Shown one piece after another: positions 9,702 through 20,013 of a DNA stretch of 64,000 nucleotides. The translations under genes and the position numbers were made by a program. The DNA is from an uncultured Leptospirales bacterium (lineage in GTDB: Bacteria; Spirochaetota; UBA4802; UBA5550). The stretch's first letter is position 1; each line of letters opens with the position of its first letter. The notes under the pieces were generated by a model. That model was given only the letters and a program-made list of their open reading frames with translations, was not told where the DNA came from and made no database searches. The stretch is from NCBI GenBank assembly GCA_964392365.1, contig CAYMPH010000006.1, forward strand, positions 3,198 to 67,197, given 5' to 3'.

Positions 9702-10508
9702 GTGCTCTACATGCTTGAAATAAATAATCATGAAGGCGCCATAGACTGCCACGGAATCACAGGTCATTCAATTCTGCGTATGCATGTACATTTTTACTTG
9801 CTTGATGATCTTTTAATAGACACAGGTACATCGCTTCTCGGAAAAGACAGCATTCCATTTTTATCAAAACAGAGTATACATCAGGCTGCATTAACGCATA
9901 TTCATGAAGATCATTCAGGCATTGCATCATGGGTCAAAAAAAAATTTAATGCGCCTGTTTATCTGAATGAAAAAGATCACAAAGAAGCTGCATCTCCTTT
10001 ATACCTTCCTTTTTACAGAAGAATTGCATGGGGAGCCAGAAAAGCATTTCAGGCAGATATTTTCCCTGCACACCTTGAAACAAAAAACTATAAACTTGAT
10101 ATTATAGCAGCTCCAGGCCATTATCCGAATCATGTGGTTTTTCTTGAAAAAAATAAAGGATGGATTTTCACAGGAGATATATATATCGGCCCTAAGCAAA
10201 ATGTTTCTTTCTCAACAGAAAATACTCTTGATACAATAAAAACATTAAAACATCTGCTTATTTTAGACTGGGATACAATATTCTGCGCACACGCAGGAAT
10301 TAAAACCGGCGGAAAAGAAAAAATGAAGATCAAGCTTGATTTTTTTGAATCAATCCGCTCTCAGGTTGAAGATTTATATAATAAAGGAATTCCATTAAAA
10401 GAAATAAACAAACGACTGTTCCCTAAAAAAGATCTCTGGGAAATATTTTCACTTGGGGAATGGTCATCTTATAGAATGATCAGCACTGCTCTTCCCCTAA
10501 ATAAGTAA
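9702..10508 (+). CDS. MBL-fold metallo-hydrolase
   Basis: HxHxDH motif (THIHEDHSG) plus downstream His/Asp ligands (APGHYPNH, CAHAG). Confidence 0.75.
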   Translation: MLYMLEINNHEGAIDCHGITGHSILRMHVHFYLLDDLLIDTGTSLLGKDSIPFLSKQSIHQAALTHIHEDHSGIASWVKKKFNAPVYLNEKDHKEAASPLYLPFYRRIAWGARKAFQADIFPAHLETKNYKLDIIAAPGHYPNHVVFLEKNKGWIFTGDIYIGPKQNVSFSTENTLDTIKTLKHLLILDWDTIFCAHAGIKTGGKEKMKIKLDFFESIRSQVEDLYNKGIPLKEINKRLFPKKDLWEIFSLGEWSSYRMISTALPLNK

Positions 10509-10569
10509 GCTGAAAACTATATTAATTTACATTTTAATTATCGCATCAATTCATTACTGATTTTATTAA

Positions 10570-11052
10570 TTAATTCAAATTCCTCTTCATCTTCTTCCTG
10601 TAAATAATATACATAACAAGACCTGGAACAATAAGAACTGTCATTCCAATAATTGAACCCGTCAATGTGTTATATAAACCAAGACCATATCTTGGAGTTT
10701 CACTGAAAAAAAGCGGCATATCAGGTTTTGCATCCGGTCCCATAACAAATCCCATTGGATGAGTTATAAAATCTACAACCCAGTGACTGAAAACAAGCAG
10801 ACCAATTACAATTCCTGATCTTTTATCTTTATAAAATAAAAAACCTATTATTCCAAACAAAATAGACCAGACAACTGCCATAAAAAGTCCATGAGACCAT
10901 GGAGCAAACTTCATATCTTCTATTCCGGTAATATAAAAAATACCAAAGATAATATCTATTACTTCTGCAGAAATCATTAGTATTCCAACCGGAACAAGTG
11001 GAGCAAACTGTTTTGCTGCGAGTCCCGGGCCCATGTGTTCTAAACCAGCCAT
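10570..11052 (-). CDS. Membrane-bound metal-dependent hydrolase-like protein (YdjM/DUF457-like)
   Basis: 160 aa with 4 hydrophobic helices and an SHWVVDFITH motif that fits the H..D..H pattern I associate with the YdjM family. That family assignment is from memory. Confidence 0.45.
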   Translation of the reverse strand: MAGLEHMGPGLAAKQFAPLVPVGILMISAEVIDIIFGIFYITGIEDMKFAPWSHGLFMAVVWSILFGIIGFLFYKDKRSGIVIGLLVFSHWVVDFITHPMGFVMGPDAKPDMPLFFSETPRYGLGLYNTLTGSIIGMTVLIVPGLVMYIIYRKKMKRNLN

Positions 11053-11084
11053 TATAATTCTCCTGCTTTTTTACTTTTGAATAA

Positions 11085-12014
11085 TTATTTTATTTCATCT
11101 ACCCATTTAAGAATAATATTTTTTGATAAAATTACTGTTTTTTTTCCATGAGTACCATTCTTGATAATTTCATATTTTTTATTCTTTGATTGCCAGACAG
11201 AGAATATCTCATCACAACCTGATTTATCAACAATATTGTCATCATTACCATAGATCAATAAAAGCGGATAATCAGCTTTTTTGGCATATTCCGGCATTTT
11301 ATCCATTGTTGCTTTTGATTTAAACATATAATACATGCTGAAATATTTTACAAGTAGCGTATCATTATTTCTCGCTTCAGCTTCTTTACGGTCTTCTGGA
11401 TTTTCTATTAATTCCGGATCACCTGACATATTTACAATAGGCGTATGAGATGCAAAAATCATATAAGCTGCATATTTTGCATAATCAGAAAACTTGGGAG
11501 TCATTCCTTTTGAGACTTTCATTTTATATGGAGGATTCACAAGAATTATACCATTAATTCCTGATACTGATTCTGCAATATCAAGCGCAATCGCACAAGA
11601 CATGCTGTGCCCGTATAAAATGACTTTATGATCTTTTGGATAATTTTTTAAATCTTTGGAAATAATTTCTATATAATCATCAATGAAGTCTTTGAAATTT
11701 TCAATATCGCCGCGGGTCCCTTCCGAATAACCTGTTCCGCGCGGATGAATTACAACAACCCTGTTTTTTTCCGCGTTTAATAAATCAATAATATCTTTTT
11801 CATTTTTATGGTTTATTCCTGTTATTCCTGTAATAATATATATTGATGTTTTTGCTTTTATTTGAGGATCTTTCTGATAAATAAATATTTTCAACCCGTC
11901 TCTGACACTATGAAACTTACCTTCTTCATTTTCAGGTTTTACAGGTCTGTCGAAATTTTTCATACTAGCGCAGGAAGTTAATAGAATAAGGAACAAAGAC
12001 AATAAATATTTCAT
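11085..12014 (-). CDS. Alpha/beta-hydrolase lipoprotein
   Basis: Lipoprotein signal MKYLLSLFLILLTSCAS. Nucleophile elbow GHSMS. GGGAGA Shine-Dalgarno 9 nt upstream of ATG 12014. The track's upstream start at 12080 is rejected. Confidence 0.75.
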   Translation of the reverse strand: MKYLLSLFLILLTSCASMKNFDRPVKPENEEGKFHSVRDGLKIFIYQKDPQIKAKTSIYIITGITGINHKNEKDIIDLLNAEKNRVVVIHPRGTGYSEGTRGDIENFKDFIDDYIEIISKDLKNYPKDHKVILYGHSMSCAIALDIAESVSGINGIILVNPPYKMKVSKGMTPKFSDYAKYAAYMIFASHTPIVNMSGDPELIENPEDRKEAEARNNDTLLVKYFSMYYMFKSKATMDKMPEYAKKADYPLLLIYGNDDNIVDKSGCDEIFSVWQSKNKKYEIIKNGTHGKKTVILSKNIILKWVDEIK

Positions 12015-12040
12015 AGTAATATCTCCCGGTAATTTCTTTT

Positions 12041-12466
12041 TTAATACTCTAATACACCTGTATGCATTGTCATTTTCCATTCATCTTTAACTTTTGAATA
12101 TACCTTACATACTCTTCCTTTCCAGTGATTTTCTGTTCCCTTATTATCTATCCAAAGAGTATCAATATCAACAACTGCAAAAGCTCCATCTTTTTCATTT
12201 GATATTACAATTTTTTTAATTTCACGTTTATTATGAATCAATTTATGCGTTTCAAATAATTTTTGCCAGCTATTCATCCATCTAACTTTATTAAATTTAC
12301 CAAGAACTAACTCCCATTCCAGCGGATCATGTGATTTTGGTGTTTTTGGCCATGGCCAAACCATGTCCTGGTGAAAAAGAGAAATCAATAAATTTACATT
12401 TTGTGTATCCCAAGCTTTTGTTTCTCGATTTACTATTTCAATTATTTCATTTTCTTCTTTATTCAT
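12041..12466 (-). CDS. NTF2/SnoaL-like (DUF4440-like) small protein
   Basis: 141 aa. The pattern EIIEIVNRETKAWDTQNVNLLISLFHQDMVW resembles the SnoaL/NTF2-like fold. Weak. Confidence 0.45.
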   Translation of the reverse strand: MNKEENEIIEIVNRETKAWDTQNVNLLISLFHQDMVWPWPKTPKSHDPLEWELVLGKFNKVRWMNSWQKLFETHKLIHNKREIKKIVISNEKDGAFAVVDIDTLWIDNKGTENHWKGRVCKVYSKVKDEWKMTMHTGVLEY

Positions 12467-12588
12467 AAATAGACTTCCTAAAAATGAATAACATTTTTTT
12501 ATGTATCTGATAAATTAAAGAAAAATCTTGACTGATCAATACAAATTTTTTTTAATAATTATTAATATCAAGGAGAAAATAATAAATA

Positions 12589-13395
12589 ATGTTAAAAGAT
12601 AAAAACCGCGTTGAAAAATCATACGCATTAATCACCGGAGCATCGAGCGGAATTGGTGAAGCATATGCACTCAGTCTTGCAGAAAAAGGATACAGTCTGA
12701 TATTAACAGCAAGAAGAAAAGACCGTTTGAATAAAATTGCAGCTGATCTCAAAAAGATTTACAAAACTGAAACTATTATAATTCAGGCTGATTTATCAAC
12801 TGAAAAAGGAATAGAAACTGTTTTAAAAAAAATCAGATCAATTACAAAGATTGAATTTCTCGTTCACGCAGCCGGATTCGGAACACGGGGAGATTTTGCA
12901 GATATTGCTGAATCGAAAATCAGAGGAATGGCTATGCTTCATAATCTTGCTGCTATCACTCTTGCAAGAGAAGTCATTCCATCAATGATAAAAAGGAATA
13001 AAGGTTTTCTCATTTTTGTTTCATCTCTGGGAGCTTTTTTTACAACTAAAGAATATGTTATGTATTCAGCTACAAAGGCATTCCTGAATATGTTCGTTCT
13101 TGGTCTTGAAACAGAGGTTAAAAAAACCGGAGTAATCGTTCAGGCGCTTTGTCCCGGGCTTACTAAAACAGAATTTCTTTCAACACCGGAATATTCAGAT
13201 TTTAATTATCAGCAGATTCCTGAATTCGCCTGGATGACTGCTCAACAGGTTGTTGAAGATTCTCTGAAAAATTTAAAGAAAAACAAGCCTGTTTATATTC
13301 CAGGAAGAATGAACAGGCTTTTTGTCTCAATACTGGAATCACCAGTTCTCGGAACTTTTATAAAATATATTTTAGGGAAAGCCGCGAACTGGTAA
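12589..13395 (+). CDS. SDR-family oxidoreductase (short-chain dehydrogenase)
   Basis: TGASSGIG cofactor motif. Catalytic S...YxxxK (SS...YSATK). Confidence 0.85.
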   Translation: MLKDKNRVEKSYALITGASSGIGEAYALSLAEKGYSLILTARRKDRLNKIAADLKKIYKTETIIIQADLSTEKGIETVLKKIRSITKIEFLVHAAGFGTRGDFADIAESKIRGMAMLHNLAAITLAREVIPSMIKRNKGFLIFVSSLGAFFTTKEYVMYSATKAFLNMFVLGLETEVKKTGVIVQALCPGLTKTEFLSTPEYSDFNYQQIPEFAWMTAQQVVEDSLKNLKKNKPVYIPGRMNRLFVSILESPVLGTFIKYILGKAANW

Positions 13396-13405
13396 AAACC
13401 GGCAA

Positions 13406-14521
13406 TTAAGCCGGTTTAAAACCCCATTGAGTAATATTATATTTTGGAAATGGCGCGAACAGCATATTTTCAATAATGCCATATCCTGTTTCTTTTCCGC
13501 ATTTTACTTCACATACTGTATCGTCAAGACCGTGAACATCGTTTGCCACATCCGGATTTTTAATATCCCACTTTTCGCCGTCTTCCCAGTAAGGTCCCAT
13601 CCATGTTCCATGCCTGAAACCCTTATACCCTACGTATGCTCCACCCCTGAGATACATTGTGATAATTTCTTTCATTTCAATTTCTTTTGTTGATCCGTCG
13701 CTCAGAAAAAATTTCATTGATCCGGCTTTCATTCTCTGGCTGTTTTCAAAATAAACAAAATTATGATCAACTTTTATAATCTTTATTGTTTCTTTTGTAT
13801 CACCGAGCTTGCGTACAATTTCTCCTGTGAGGAGCTGTATAGATCCATCTCCTCTTTCAATTAAATAGCAGTTCAATGCCCAATCATCAAACTGAATAAC
13901 AAGCCAGTTTATCATCATTGCTGTAAAAAGCGCAATGTCAGGTGCCTGAACCCCGGTTTCAGATGCACCGACACCCATCCTGATTCCCCATGAGTGGTCT
14001 CTCTGTGCGCAAAAATTTTTTTCATCAACATCATATTTCTTTCCACCCGCTTTGATCCACCCGGTTGCTTTACCGAGCTGTGCGTATCTGCAGGTGTGCA
14101 TATAAACGTGACCCTTGTTTTTACCATATTGAGGATTTTCTTCGCCGGGCTGAAATTTCCCCAGGAAGTCGAGTTCAAATGAAATGCCATATTTATTTTC
14201 TTCAAGTTTTACATGTATTTTTTTATAAGGCTCGATTACATTATATGAAAGAGGACCTACTGAAATTTCATCAATTTTAGGACGAAGCTCCCTGGACATT
14301 CTCATATTGTACTGGTCTGTATTTTTAATATTCACGCACGCAAAACTATCCATAACATTTCTGTTCGGATAAACACCAAAACCCGTAGCAAGAACTATTT
14401 CGCCTTTTGTGTCATGAACATTCATCCAGAGCTTTTCTGTCCACGCCCTGTCTGTAATTGCAGGAGAATCAAATGACTGTACTGCCTGATGACAGGTGAA
14501 TTCATCATATTTCGTAAGCAT
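13406..14521 (-). CDS. Conserved hypothetical protein (371 aa)
   Basis: Long ORF with protein-like composition and no recognisable motif. A hydratase/lipocalin-like fold is speculative. Confidence 0.55.
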   Translation of the reverse strand: MLTKYDEFTCHQAVQSFDSPAITDRAWTEKLWMNVHDTKGEIVLATGFGVYPNRNVMDSFACVNIKNTDQYNMRMSRELRPKIDEISVGPLSYNVIEPYKKIHVKLEENKYGISFELDFLGKFQPGEENPQYGKNKGHVYMHTCRYAQLGKATGWIKAGGKKYDVDEKNFCAQRDHSWGIRMGVGASETGVQAPDIALFTAMMINWLVIQFDDWALNCYLIERGDGSIQLLTGEIVRKLGDTKETIKIIKVDHNFVYFENSQRMKAGSMKFFLSDGSTKEIEMKEIITMYLRGGAYVGYKGFRHGTWMGPYWEDGEKWDIKNPDVANDVHGLDDTVCEVKCGKETGYGIIENMLFAPFPKYNITQWGFKPA

Positions 14522-14689
14522 AGCAACCTCGATTTTTTAAATTTACTAAATTTAATTGATGAAAAATATTTATGAAAGAGTTTGATATTACTCAAAGCCA
14601 TATTAAAATAAATCAAGCTTTTTAATTTTGAAACACTGTTATTCATGACTGCGCCGGAATGAAAAAGAAGTAAAAAAAATCTCCTGCTA

Positions 14690-15076
14690 TTATTTCAATA
14701 AAATGCAAAATGAATAGATAATATAAAATAAAACAGCAGCCCAAAACATAATAATAATGACTGCAAAAAACCATTTTTTCTTTAATTTAACAGGCTCCTT
14801 TTCAGCCTTTGCTCTTGATTGAATAATAATTTCTTCCGGAATTAATTTTATTGATAAAGCAATTAGAAGAGGAACAATTATCAGATCATCCAGATATCCT
14901 AAAACAGGAATAAAATCAGGTATCAGATCGATTGGACTTAAAGTATAGGCTAATGCAAAAAGAATAATAAACTTAGGAAGAAATTTCAGATCAGGATGCT
15001 GATATGCATAATAAATCATCAGTATTTCTTTTTTTAAAATATCTGTTTTTTGTTTTATTCTTCTGAATGTTTTCAT
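14690..15076 (-). CDS. DUF1232 (YkvA-like) membrane protein
   Basis: Signature LSPIDLIPDFIPVLGYLDDLIIV is characteristic of DUF1232. Confidence 0.65.
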   Translation of the reverse strand: MKTFRRIKQKTDILKKEILMIYYAYQHPDLKFLPKFIILFALAYTLSPIDLIPDFIPVLGYLDDLIIVPLLIALSIKLIPEEIIIQSRAKAEKEPVKLKKKWFFAVIIIMFWAAVLFYIIYSFCILLK

Positions 15077-15211
15077 ATTTTATAAACCTTACTATATTAA
15101 TAAATTATTTGAAAACACAAAAATCATGTTAATAATAAAAAAAATTTTTCTTTACATGGAATTTAAAAAAATTCTTATAAAGATATAAAATATTAATAAA
15201 CAGGTGAAATT

Positions 15212-15787
15212 ATGAAAGTAACAGCATTTAATGGAAGCGCCAGAAAAGATGGGAATACTGCAATTTTAATTAATATCGCTCTTGATGAAATTAAAAAAGA
15301 AGGAATTGAAACTGAGCTGATTCAATTGGCAGGAACAAAAATCCGCGGATGTACTGCATGCTATAAATGCAAAACAAATCTTGATAGAAGATGTGCTGTT
15401 AAAAATGATGAGCTAAATGACTGGATTGTTAAAATTGAAAAATCCGATGGAATTATTTTCGGATCTCCAACATATTTCACTAATGTCACTTCTGAAATGA
15501 GCTCCCTGATCAATAGATCCGGCCTTGTTGCCCGTGCCAATGATGATATGTTTAAATACAAAGCAGCTGCAGCTGTTGTAGCTGTAAGGCGCGGCGGAGC
15601 GATTCATACCTACGATTCAATAAATCATTATTTTCTTGCAAATCATATGATTGTCCCGGGAACGAATTACTGGAACATTGGAATCGGGAAGGATCCTGGA
15701 GATGTTCTCAAAGATGAGGAAGGCATTCTCACAATGCAGAATCTTGGTAAAAATATGGCCTGGCTTATTAAAAAACTTCATGCATAA
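15212..15787 (+). CDS. NADPH-dependent FMN reductase / iron-sulfur flavoprotein family
   Basis: Flavodoxin-like N-terminus MKVTAFNGSARKDGNT. Compact Cys cluster CTACYKCKTNLDRRC as in Isf-type proteins. Confidence 0.8.
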   Translation: MKVTAFNGSARKDGNTAILINIALDEIKKEGIETELIQLAGTKIRGCTACYKCKTNLDRRCAVKNDELNDWIVKIEKSDGIIFGSPTYFTNVTSEMSSLINRSGLVARANDDMFKYKAAAAVVAVRRGGAIHTYDSINHYFLANHMIVPGTNYWNIGIGKDPGDVLKDEEGILTMQNLGKNMAWLIKKLHA

Positions 15788-15795
15788 AAGTATAA

Positions 15796-16209
15796 GGTGA
15801 TAATATAGATATTTTATTAATTACAGCATCAGTAATTCTGCTTGCAGCAGTAATTTTATTTCTGTATCAGCATTCTGCTCAGGCAAAACAAATCGATTCT
15901 GTAAATGAAAAAAATCCATTCCAGAATTTTGATAAATTTTCTGATTATAAAAAAATTCCATGCGTAATTTGCGGAACTATTCTGCTAAAAGGAGAAAGGC
16001 TTAAATCCAAGGAATTCAAAGGCGAGAAAGACAGCATAATTAATATAATGGGATGCTATGCCTGTTATGGGGAAAAAGCATCAAAGAAAAGAATTTGCCC
16101 GATCTGCAGACAGGAAATGCCTTTAAAAGGATATCTAATCGGGCGGATGACAACTAAAGACAATGGGAAAAAACACCTGAGTGTTTCAGGATGCAATAAA
16201 TGTTTTTAA
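15796..16209 (+). CDS. Cysteine-rich membrane-anchored protein with four CxxC pairs; no canonical start codon in frame (alternative: 16048..16209 from ATG)
   Basis: The frame is open from the stop at 15793-15795 to TAA 16207. It encodes a TM helix (ILLITASVILLAAVILFLY) and then CVIC...CYAC...CPIC...CNKC. The first ATG is at 16048. The upstream in-frame codons are only ATA/ATT/TTA. Confidence 0.3.
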   Translation, partial: GDNIDILLITASVILLAAVILFLYQHSAQAKQIDSVNEKNPFQNFDKFSDYKKIPCVICGTILLKGERLKSKEFKGEKDSIINIMGCYACYGEKASKKRICPICRQEMPLKGYLIGRMTTKDNGKKHLSVSGCNKCF

Positions 16210-16214
16210 AATTT

Positions 16215-16943
16215 CTATTTCGCAGACTCAATTCTTTTCAGATTTGCTTTTATTGTTTCATTTGCTGAATCCAGAGATAAAGCTTTTTTATAATATTCCG
16301 CTGCTTCACTTTTTTTCCCATTTTTTTCATAACTCAGGCCTATATTATTTATTATTTCAGGCGAATCGCTATTTATGGCCAGAGCAACAGAAAATGCAGT
16401 ATTTGCTTCACCGTATTTCTGAAGATTCATAAGCGCAATTCCAAGAGCATTATAGGAAATATATAATTCAGGATTCACCGAGTTGGCTTTTTCAAAAAAT
16501 TCTTTTGCCTTGGTGAAATTTTTCGAACTCAAGCTTGCCATGCCGAGAACATAATACAGCATCCCGTCTTTTACAGAAGCAAGTCCTCTGTTTGCAGTTG
16601 CTTCAGCATCGCCGAATTTTTTAAATTCAATTAACATAAGTGACTGATCAATATATGCAGTTGGATTTTTTTTATCAATTTCCATACATTTTCTAAAATG
16701 CGCAGATGCGTTTTTTTCATTGCCCATTTTCCAGTAATTATGTGCTGCAAGTAAACGCAGATTATAGTTTGGCGAACCCGCCTTAAAATCATCAGCTCCG
16801 ACAAGATCTTTTGCAACTATTGCAAGCGAATCAGCATATTTTTTATCCTGATATAGTTTTAATGCTTCATCATATGAAGCAAATAACGCTGAAGAAATAA
16901 AAATAATAAATATGGTGATTAGCTTTTTCATTATTATATCCAA
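16215..16943 (-). CDS. Secreted TPR-repeat protein
   Basis: Signal peptide MKKLITIFIIFISSALFA. Repeated 34-aa TPR-like units (AxxYxKALxLDP pattern). Confidence 0.8.
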   Translation of the reverse strand: MDIIMKKLITIFIIFISSALFASYDEALKLYQDKKYADSLAIVAKDLVGADDFKAGSPNYNLRLLAAHNYWKMGNEKNASAHFRKCMEIDKKNPTAYIDQSLMLIEFKKFGDAEATANRGLASVKDGMLYYVLGMASLSSKNFTKAKEFFEKANSVNPELYISYNALGIALMNLQKYGEANTAFSVALAINSDSPEIINNIGLSYEKNGKKSEAAEYYKKALSLDSANETIKANLKRIESAK

Positions 16944-16961
16944 AGATAGATGTTTTATTAA

Positions 16962-17066
16962 GATCCCTCACCCTCAACGGGGGAGGACAGGTGGGGGTGT
17001 AATACTGTAAACTTAGACATTTAGTAGAAATCACCCTCCCCTAACCCCTCCCATCAAGGGAGGGGA
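16962..17066. repeat. GC-rich tandem hairpin element in AT-rich intergenic DNA; G-quadruplex motif on minus strand
   Basis: Hairpin A at 16966-16986: CCTCACCC-TCAAC-GGGGGAGG, 7 of 8 bp. Hairpin B at 17045-17065: CCCCTCCC-ATCAA-GGGAGGGG, a perfect 8-bp GC stem. The minus strand reads GGGAGGGGTTAGGGGAGGG, four G-tracts. Confidence 0.6.
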
Positions 17067-17094
17067 TTAATAATTCCTATGACAAATTTCTTGT

Positions 17095-19806
17095 TTATCT
17101 GCACGCTGCCTGAGCTGCAGCAAGCCTTGCAATTGGAACTCTGAATGGTGAACAGCTGACATAATTGAGACCAACCATATGGCAGAATTCAACTGAGCTT
17201 GGTTCTCCACCATGTTCGCCGCAGATCCCTATTTTCAGATCTTTTTTAACAGAGCGTCCTTTCTCTACAGCCATTTTTATAAGCTGGCCAACGCCGTCTC
17301 TATCAAGAACTCTGAAAGGATCGTTAGCAAGAATTTTTTTATCTACATAAAATGGAAGGAAAGAGCCGGAATCGTCCCTGCTGTAACCGAAAGTCATCTG
17401 TGTCAGGTCGTTTGTTCCGAAAGAGAAAAATTCCGCTTCTTTTGCAATCTCATCTGCAGTAACTGCAGCTCTTGGAACTTCAATCATTGTACCAACATGA
17501 TATTCAATTTTAATTCCGGTTTCCTTCATTACCAGTTCCGCTGTTCTGACTATTATTTCTTTCTGCATTGAAAGCTCTTTAACTGTACCAACAAGCGGTA
17601 CCATTACCTCAGGTTTGGCATCAACACCTTCTTTCTTAAGCTGGCATGCTGCTTCAAAAATTGCTCTTGCCTGCATTTCTGTTATTTCCGGAAAAGTTAT
17701 TCCAAGTCTGCATCCTCTGTGGCCAAGCATCGGGTTGAATTCATGAAGAGCTTCAACTTTAGCTTTAATTCTTTCAACGGTAATTCCAAGTTCCTGAGAC
17801 ATTTCTTTCTGGTTAGCTTCCTCATGTGGAAGGAATTCATGCAGCGGAGGATCAAGCAGCCTGATAGTAACCCCGTAGCCTTCCATTGCCTTGAGTATTC
17901 CGTAGAAATCGTCTCTTTGAATAGGAAGAAGTTTTTTCAATGCTTTCTGTCTTTCTTCAAGTGTATCAGCAAGGATCATTTCCCTCATAGCCTTGATTCT
18001 ATCACCTTCGAAGAACATATGTTCTGTTCTGCAAAGACCAATTCCCTGAGCTCCGAAGTTTCTTGCAATCTGAGCATCTTTCGGGGTGTCTGCATTTGTT
18101 CGCACTGCAAGCTTTTTAACTTCATCAGACCATTTCATTAATGTTTCAAAATCACCAGAAAGCACTGCTTCCATGGTTTTAACCTGACCCATCATCACCT
18201 CACCTGTTGATCCGTTTAGTGAAATGTAGTCGCCTTCTTTTAAAACTATATCTTTAACTTTTATTTCCCGTTTTGAGTATGATATTTCCAGTTCGCCGCA
18301 TCCGGAAACGCAGCATTTTCCCATGCCTCTTGCTACAACAGCTGCGTGAGAAGTCATTCCGCCTCTTTGAGTAAGTATTCCCTGTGCTGCAGACATTCCT
18401 TTCAAATCTTCAGGAGATGTTTCTATACGGACAAGAATTACTTTCTCGCCTCTGTTAGTCCACTCATCTGCATCATCTGCGTTAAATACTATTTTTCCTG
18501 TAGCAGCTCCCGGTGAAGCAGGAAGGCCCTTGGCAATAACTTTCTTTTCTGCTGATGGATCGAATGTAGGGTGAAGAAGCTGATCAAGAGCATTTGGGTC
18601 AACTCTGAGAATAGCTTTCTTTTTATCGATCAATCCTTCTTTTACCATTTCAACTGCGATTCTAACTGCAGCTGCAGCAGTTCTTTTACCGTTTCTTGTC
18701 TGCAGCATCCAGAGTTTTTTGTTCTGAATTGTAAATTCTATATCCTGCATATCTGTGTAATGCTTTTCAAGATTCTTGTAAATTTTAACAAGATCGCCAT
18801 ATGCTTCAGGCATATATTCTTCAAGTGACTGGAACTTTGATTTTCTATCAGATTCAGATACTGAATTGCTTACAGCCCATTTTTTTGAACCTGCAATTGT
18901 TACCTGCTGAGGAGTTCTTATTCCTGCTACAACATCCTCACCCTGAGCATTAACTAAATACTCGCCGTAAAAGGCGTTTTCACCTGTTGCAGGATCTCTT
19001 GTAAATGCAACACCTGTTGCGCAATCATCTCCCATGTTTCCGAAAACCATTGCCTGGACATTTACTGCAGTTCCCCAGCTGTCATCAACCTGATTCATTT
19101 TTCTGTAGAGTATTGCTCTATCATTCTGCCATGATCCGAAAACGGCTCCAACAGCGCCCCAAAGCTGCTGTTTAGGATCTGATGGAAAATCTATATTAAG
19201 AGTTTTTTTAATTATTGCTTTAAATCTTTTTACCAGTTCTTTTAAATCTTCAACAGTGAGTTCAAGGTCAAGCTTAACGCCTTTCTCATGTTTAAGCTCT
19301 TCCATTATTTTTTCAAACGGATCTATTTCATTTTTATCTTCAGGTTTAAGACCAAGAACAACATCTCCGTACATCTGAACAAAACGTCTATAGGAATCCC
19401 ATCCGAATCTTTCATTCCCGGATTTTGCTATAATACCCTTAATGGTGTCATCGTTTAGTCCAAGATTTAAAATTGTATCCATCATCCCGGGCATTGAAGC
19501 TCTTGCGCCTGAACGAACTGAAAGAAGAAGAGGGTTTGACGGGTCGCCGAATTTTGCGCCCATGGTTTCTTCAACCTGCTTCATTGCCTTGTTTACTTCC
19601 GCTTCAAGAGCATCAGGAAATTTTCTTCCGTTTTCGTAAAATTCCGTACATACTTCTGTGGTTATAGTGAATCCTGCTGGAACCGGTATTCCAAGATTTG
19701 ACATTTCAGCTAAATTTGCGCCCTTTCCCCCGAGGAGATTCTTCATATCAGCTTTGCCGTCTGATTTTCCTGCTCCGAAAGAATAAACTCTTTTAAGATT
19801 TGCCAT
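17095..19806 (-). CDS. ppdK: Pyruvate, phosphate dikinase
   Basis: N-terminus [51 protein letters not shown] is diagnostic of PPDK. Phospho-His region [19 protein letters not shown]. 903 aa. GGAGAA Shine-Dalgarno site. Confidence 0.97.
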   Translation of the reverse strand: MANLKRVYSFGAGKSDGKADMKNLLGGKGANLAEMSNLGIPVPAGFTITTEVCTEFYENGRKFPDALEAEVNKAMKQVEETMGAKFGDPSNPLLLSVRSGARASMPGMMDTILNLGLNDDTIKGIIAKSGNERFGWDSYRRFVQMYGDVVLGLKPEDKNEIDPFEKIMEELKHEKGVKLDLELTVEDLKELVKRFKAIIKKTLNIDFPSDPKQQLWGAVGAVFGSWQNDRAILYRKMNQVDDSWGTAVNVQAMVFGNMGDDCATGVAFTRDPATGENAFYGEYLVNAQGEDVVAGIRTPQQVTIAGSKKWAVSNSVSESDRKSKFQSLEEYMPEAYGDLVKIYKNLEKHYTDMQDIEFTIQNKKLWMLQTRNGKRTAAAAVRIAVEMVKEGLIDKKKAILRVDPNALDQLLHPTFDPSAEKKVIAKGLPASPGAATGKIVFNADDADEWTNRGEKVILVRIETSPEDLKGMSAAQGILTQRGGMTSHAAVVARGMGKCCVSGCGELEISYSKREIKVKDIVLKEGDYISLNGSTGEVMMGQVKTMEAVLSGDFETLMKWSDEVKKLAVRTNADTPKDAQIARNFGAQGIGLCRTEHMFFEGDRIKAMREMILADTLEERQKALKKLLPIQRDDFYGILKAMEGYGVTIRLLDPPLHEFLPHEEANQKEMSQELGITVERIKAKVEALHEFNPMLGHRGCRLGITFPEITEMQARAIFEAACQLKKEGVDAKPEVMVPLVGTVKELSMQKEIIVRTAELVMKETGIKIEYHVGTMIEVPRAAVTADEIAKEAEFFSFGTNDLTQMTFGYSRDDSGSFLPFYVDKKILANDPFRVLDRDGVGQLIKMAVEKGRSVKKDLKIGICGEHGGEPSSVEFCHMVGLNYVSCSPFRVPIARLAAAQAACR

Positions 19807-19871
19807 AATAGTTCTCCATAAAGTTTAATTAAATATCAGTTTCTGCTTTAATGATGAAAAATATTTTGTTA

Positions 19872-19905
19872 TCAAAAAATAAAAAGCTCTCACCACAGCT
19901 GGTGA
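19872..19905 (-). terminator. Rho-independent terminator candidate downstream of the rhomboid gene
   Basis: TCACCA-CAGC-TGGTGA hairpin (19890-19905), followed on the minus strand by GAGCTTTTTATTTTTTG. Confidence 0.45.
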
Positions 19906-20013
19906 TAACGGCTTAATTTGATTATATGTAAATGCTTTTAGGCTATTTTAATATTGTAAAGATATTTTTGTAAAGATTTAGAATAAAAAATCGGCTGGAA
20001 TATGTCACATCAC

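Noticed and set aside
12015-12080. Upstream start at 12080 for the alpha/beta hydrolase
   Set aside because: It would overlap the preceding gene and lacks a ribosome-binding site. ATG 12014 has a GGGAGA Shine-Dalgarno site and begins a lipoprotein signal.
16962-17066. Possible tRNA or other structured RNA gene in the GC-rich patch
   Set aside because: No T-loop (GGTTCGAATCC-like) or D-loop consensus on either strand. Only simple GC hairpins, so kept as a repeat or structure element.
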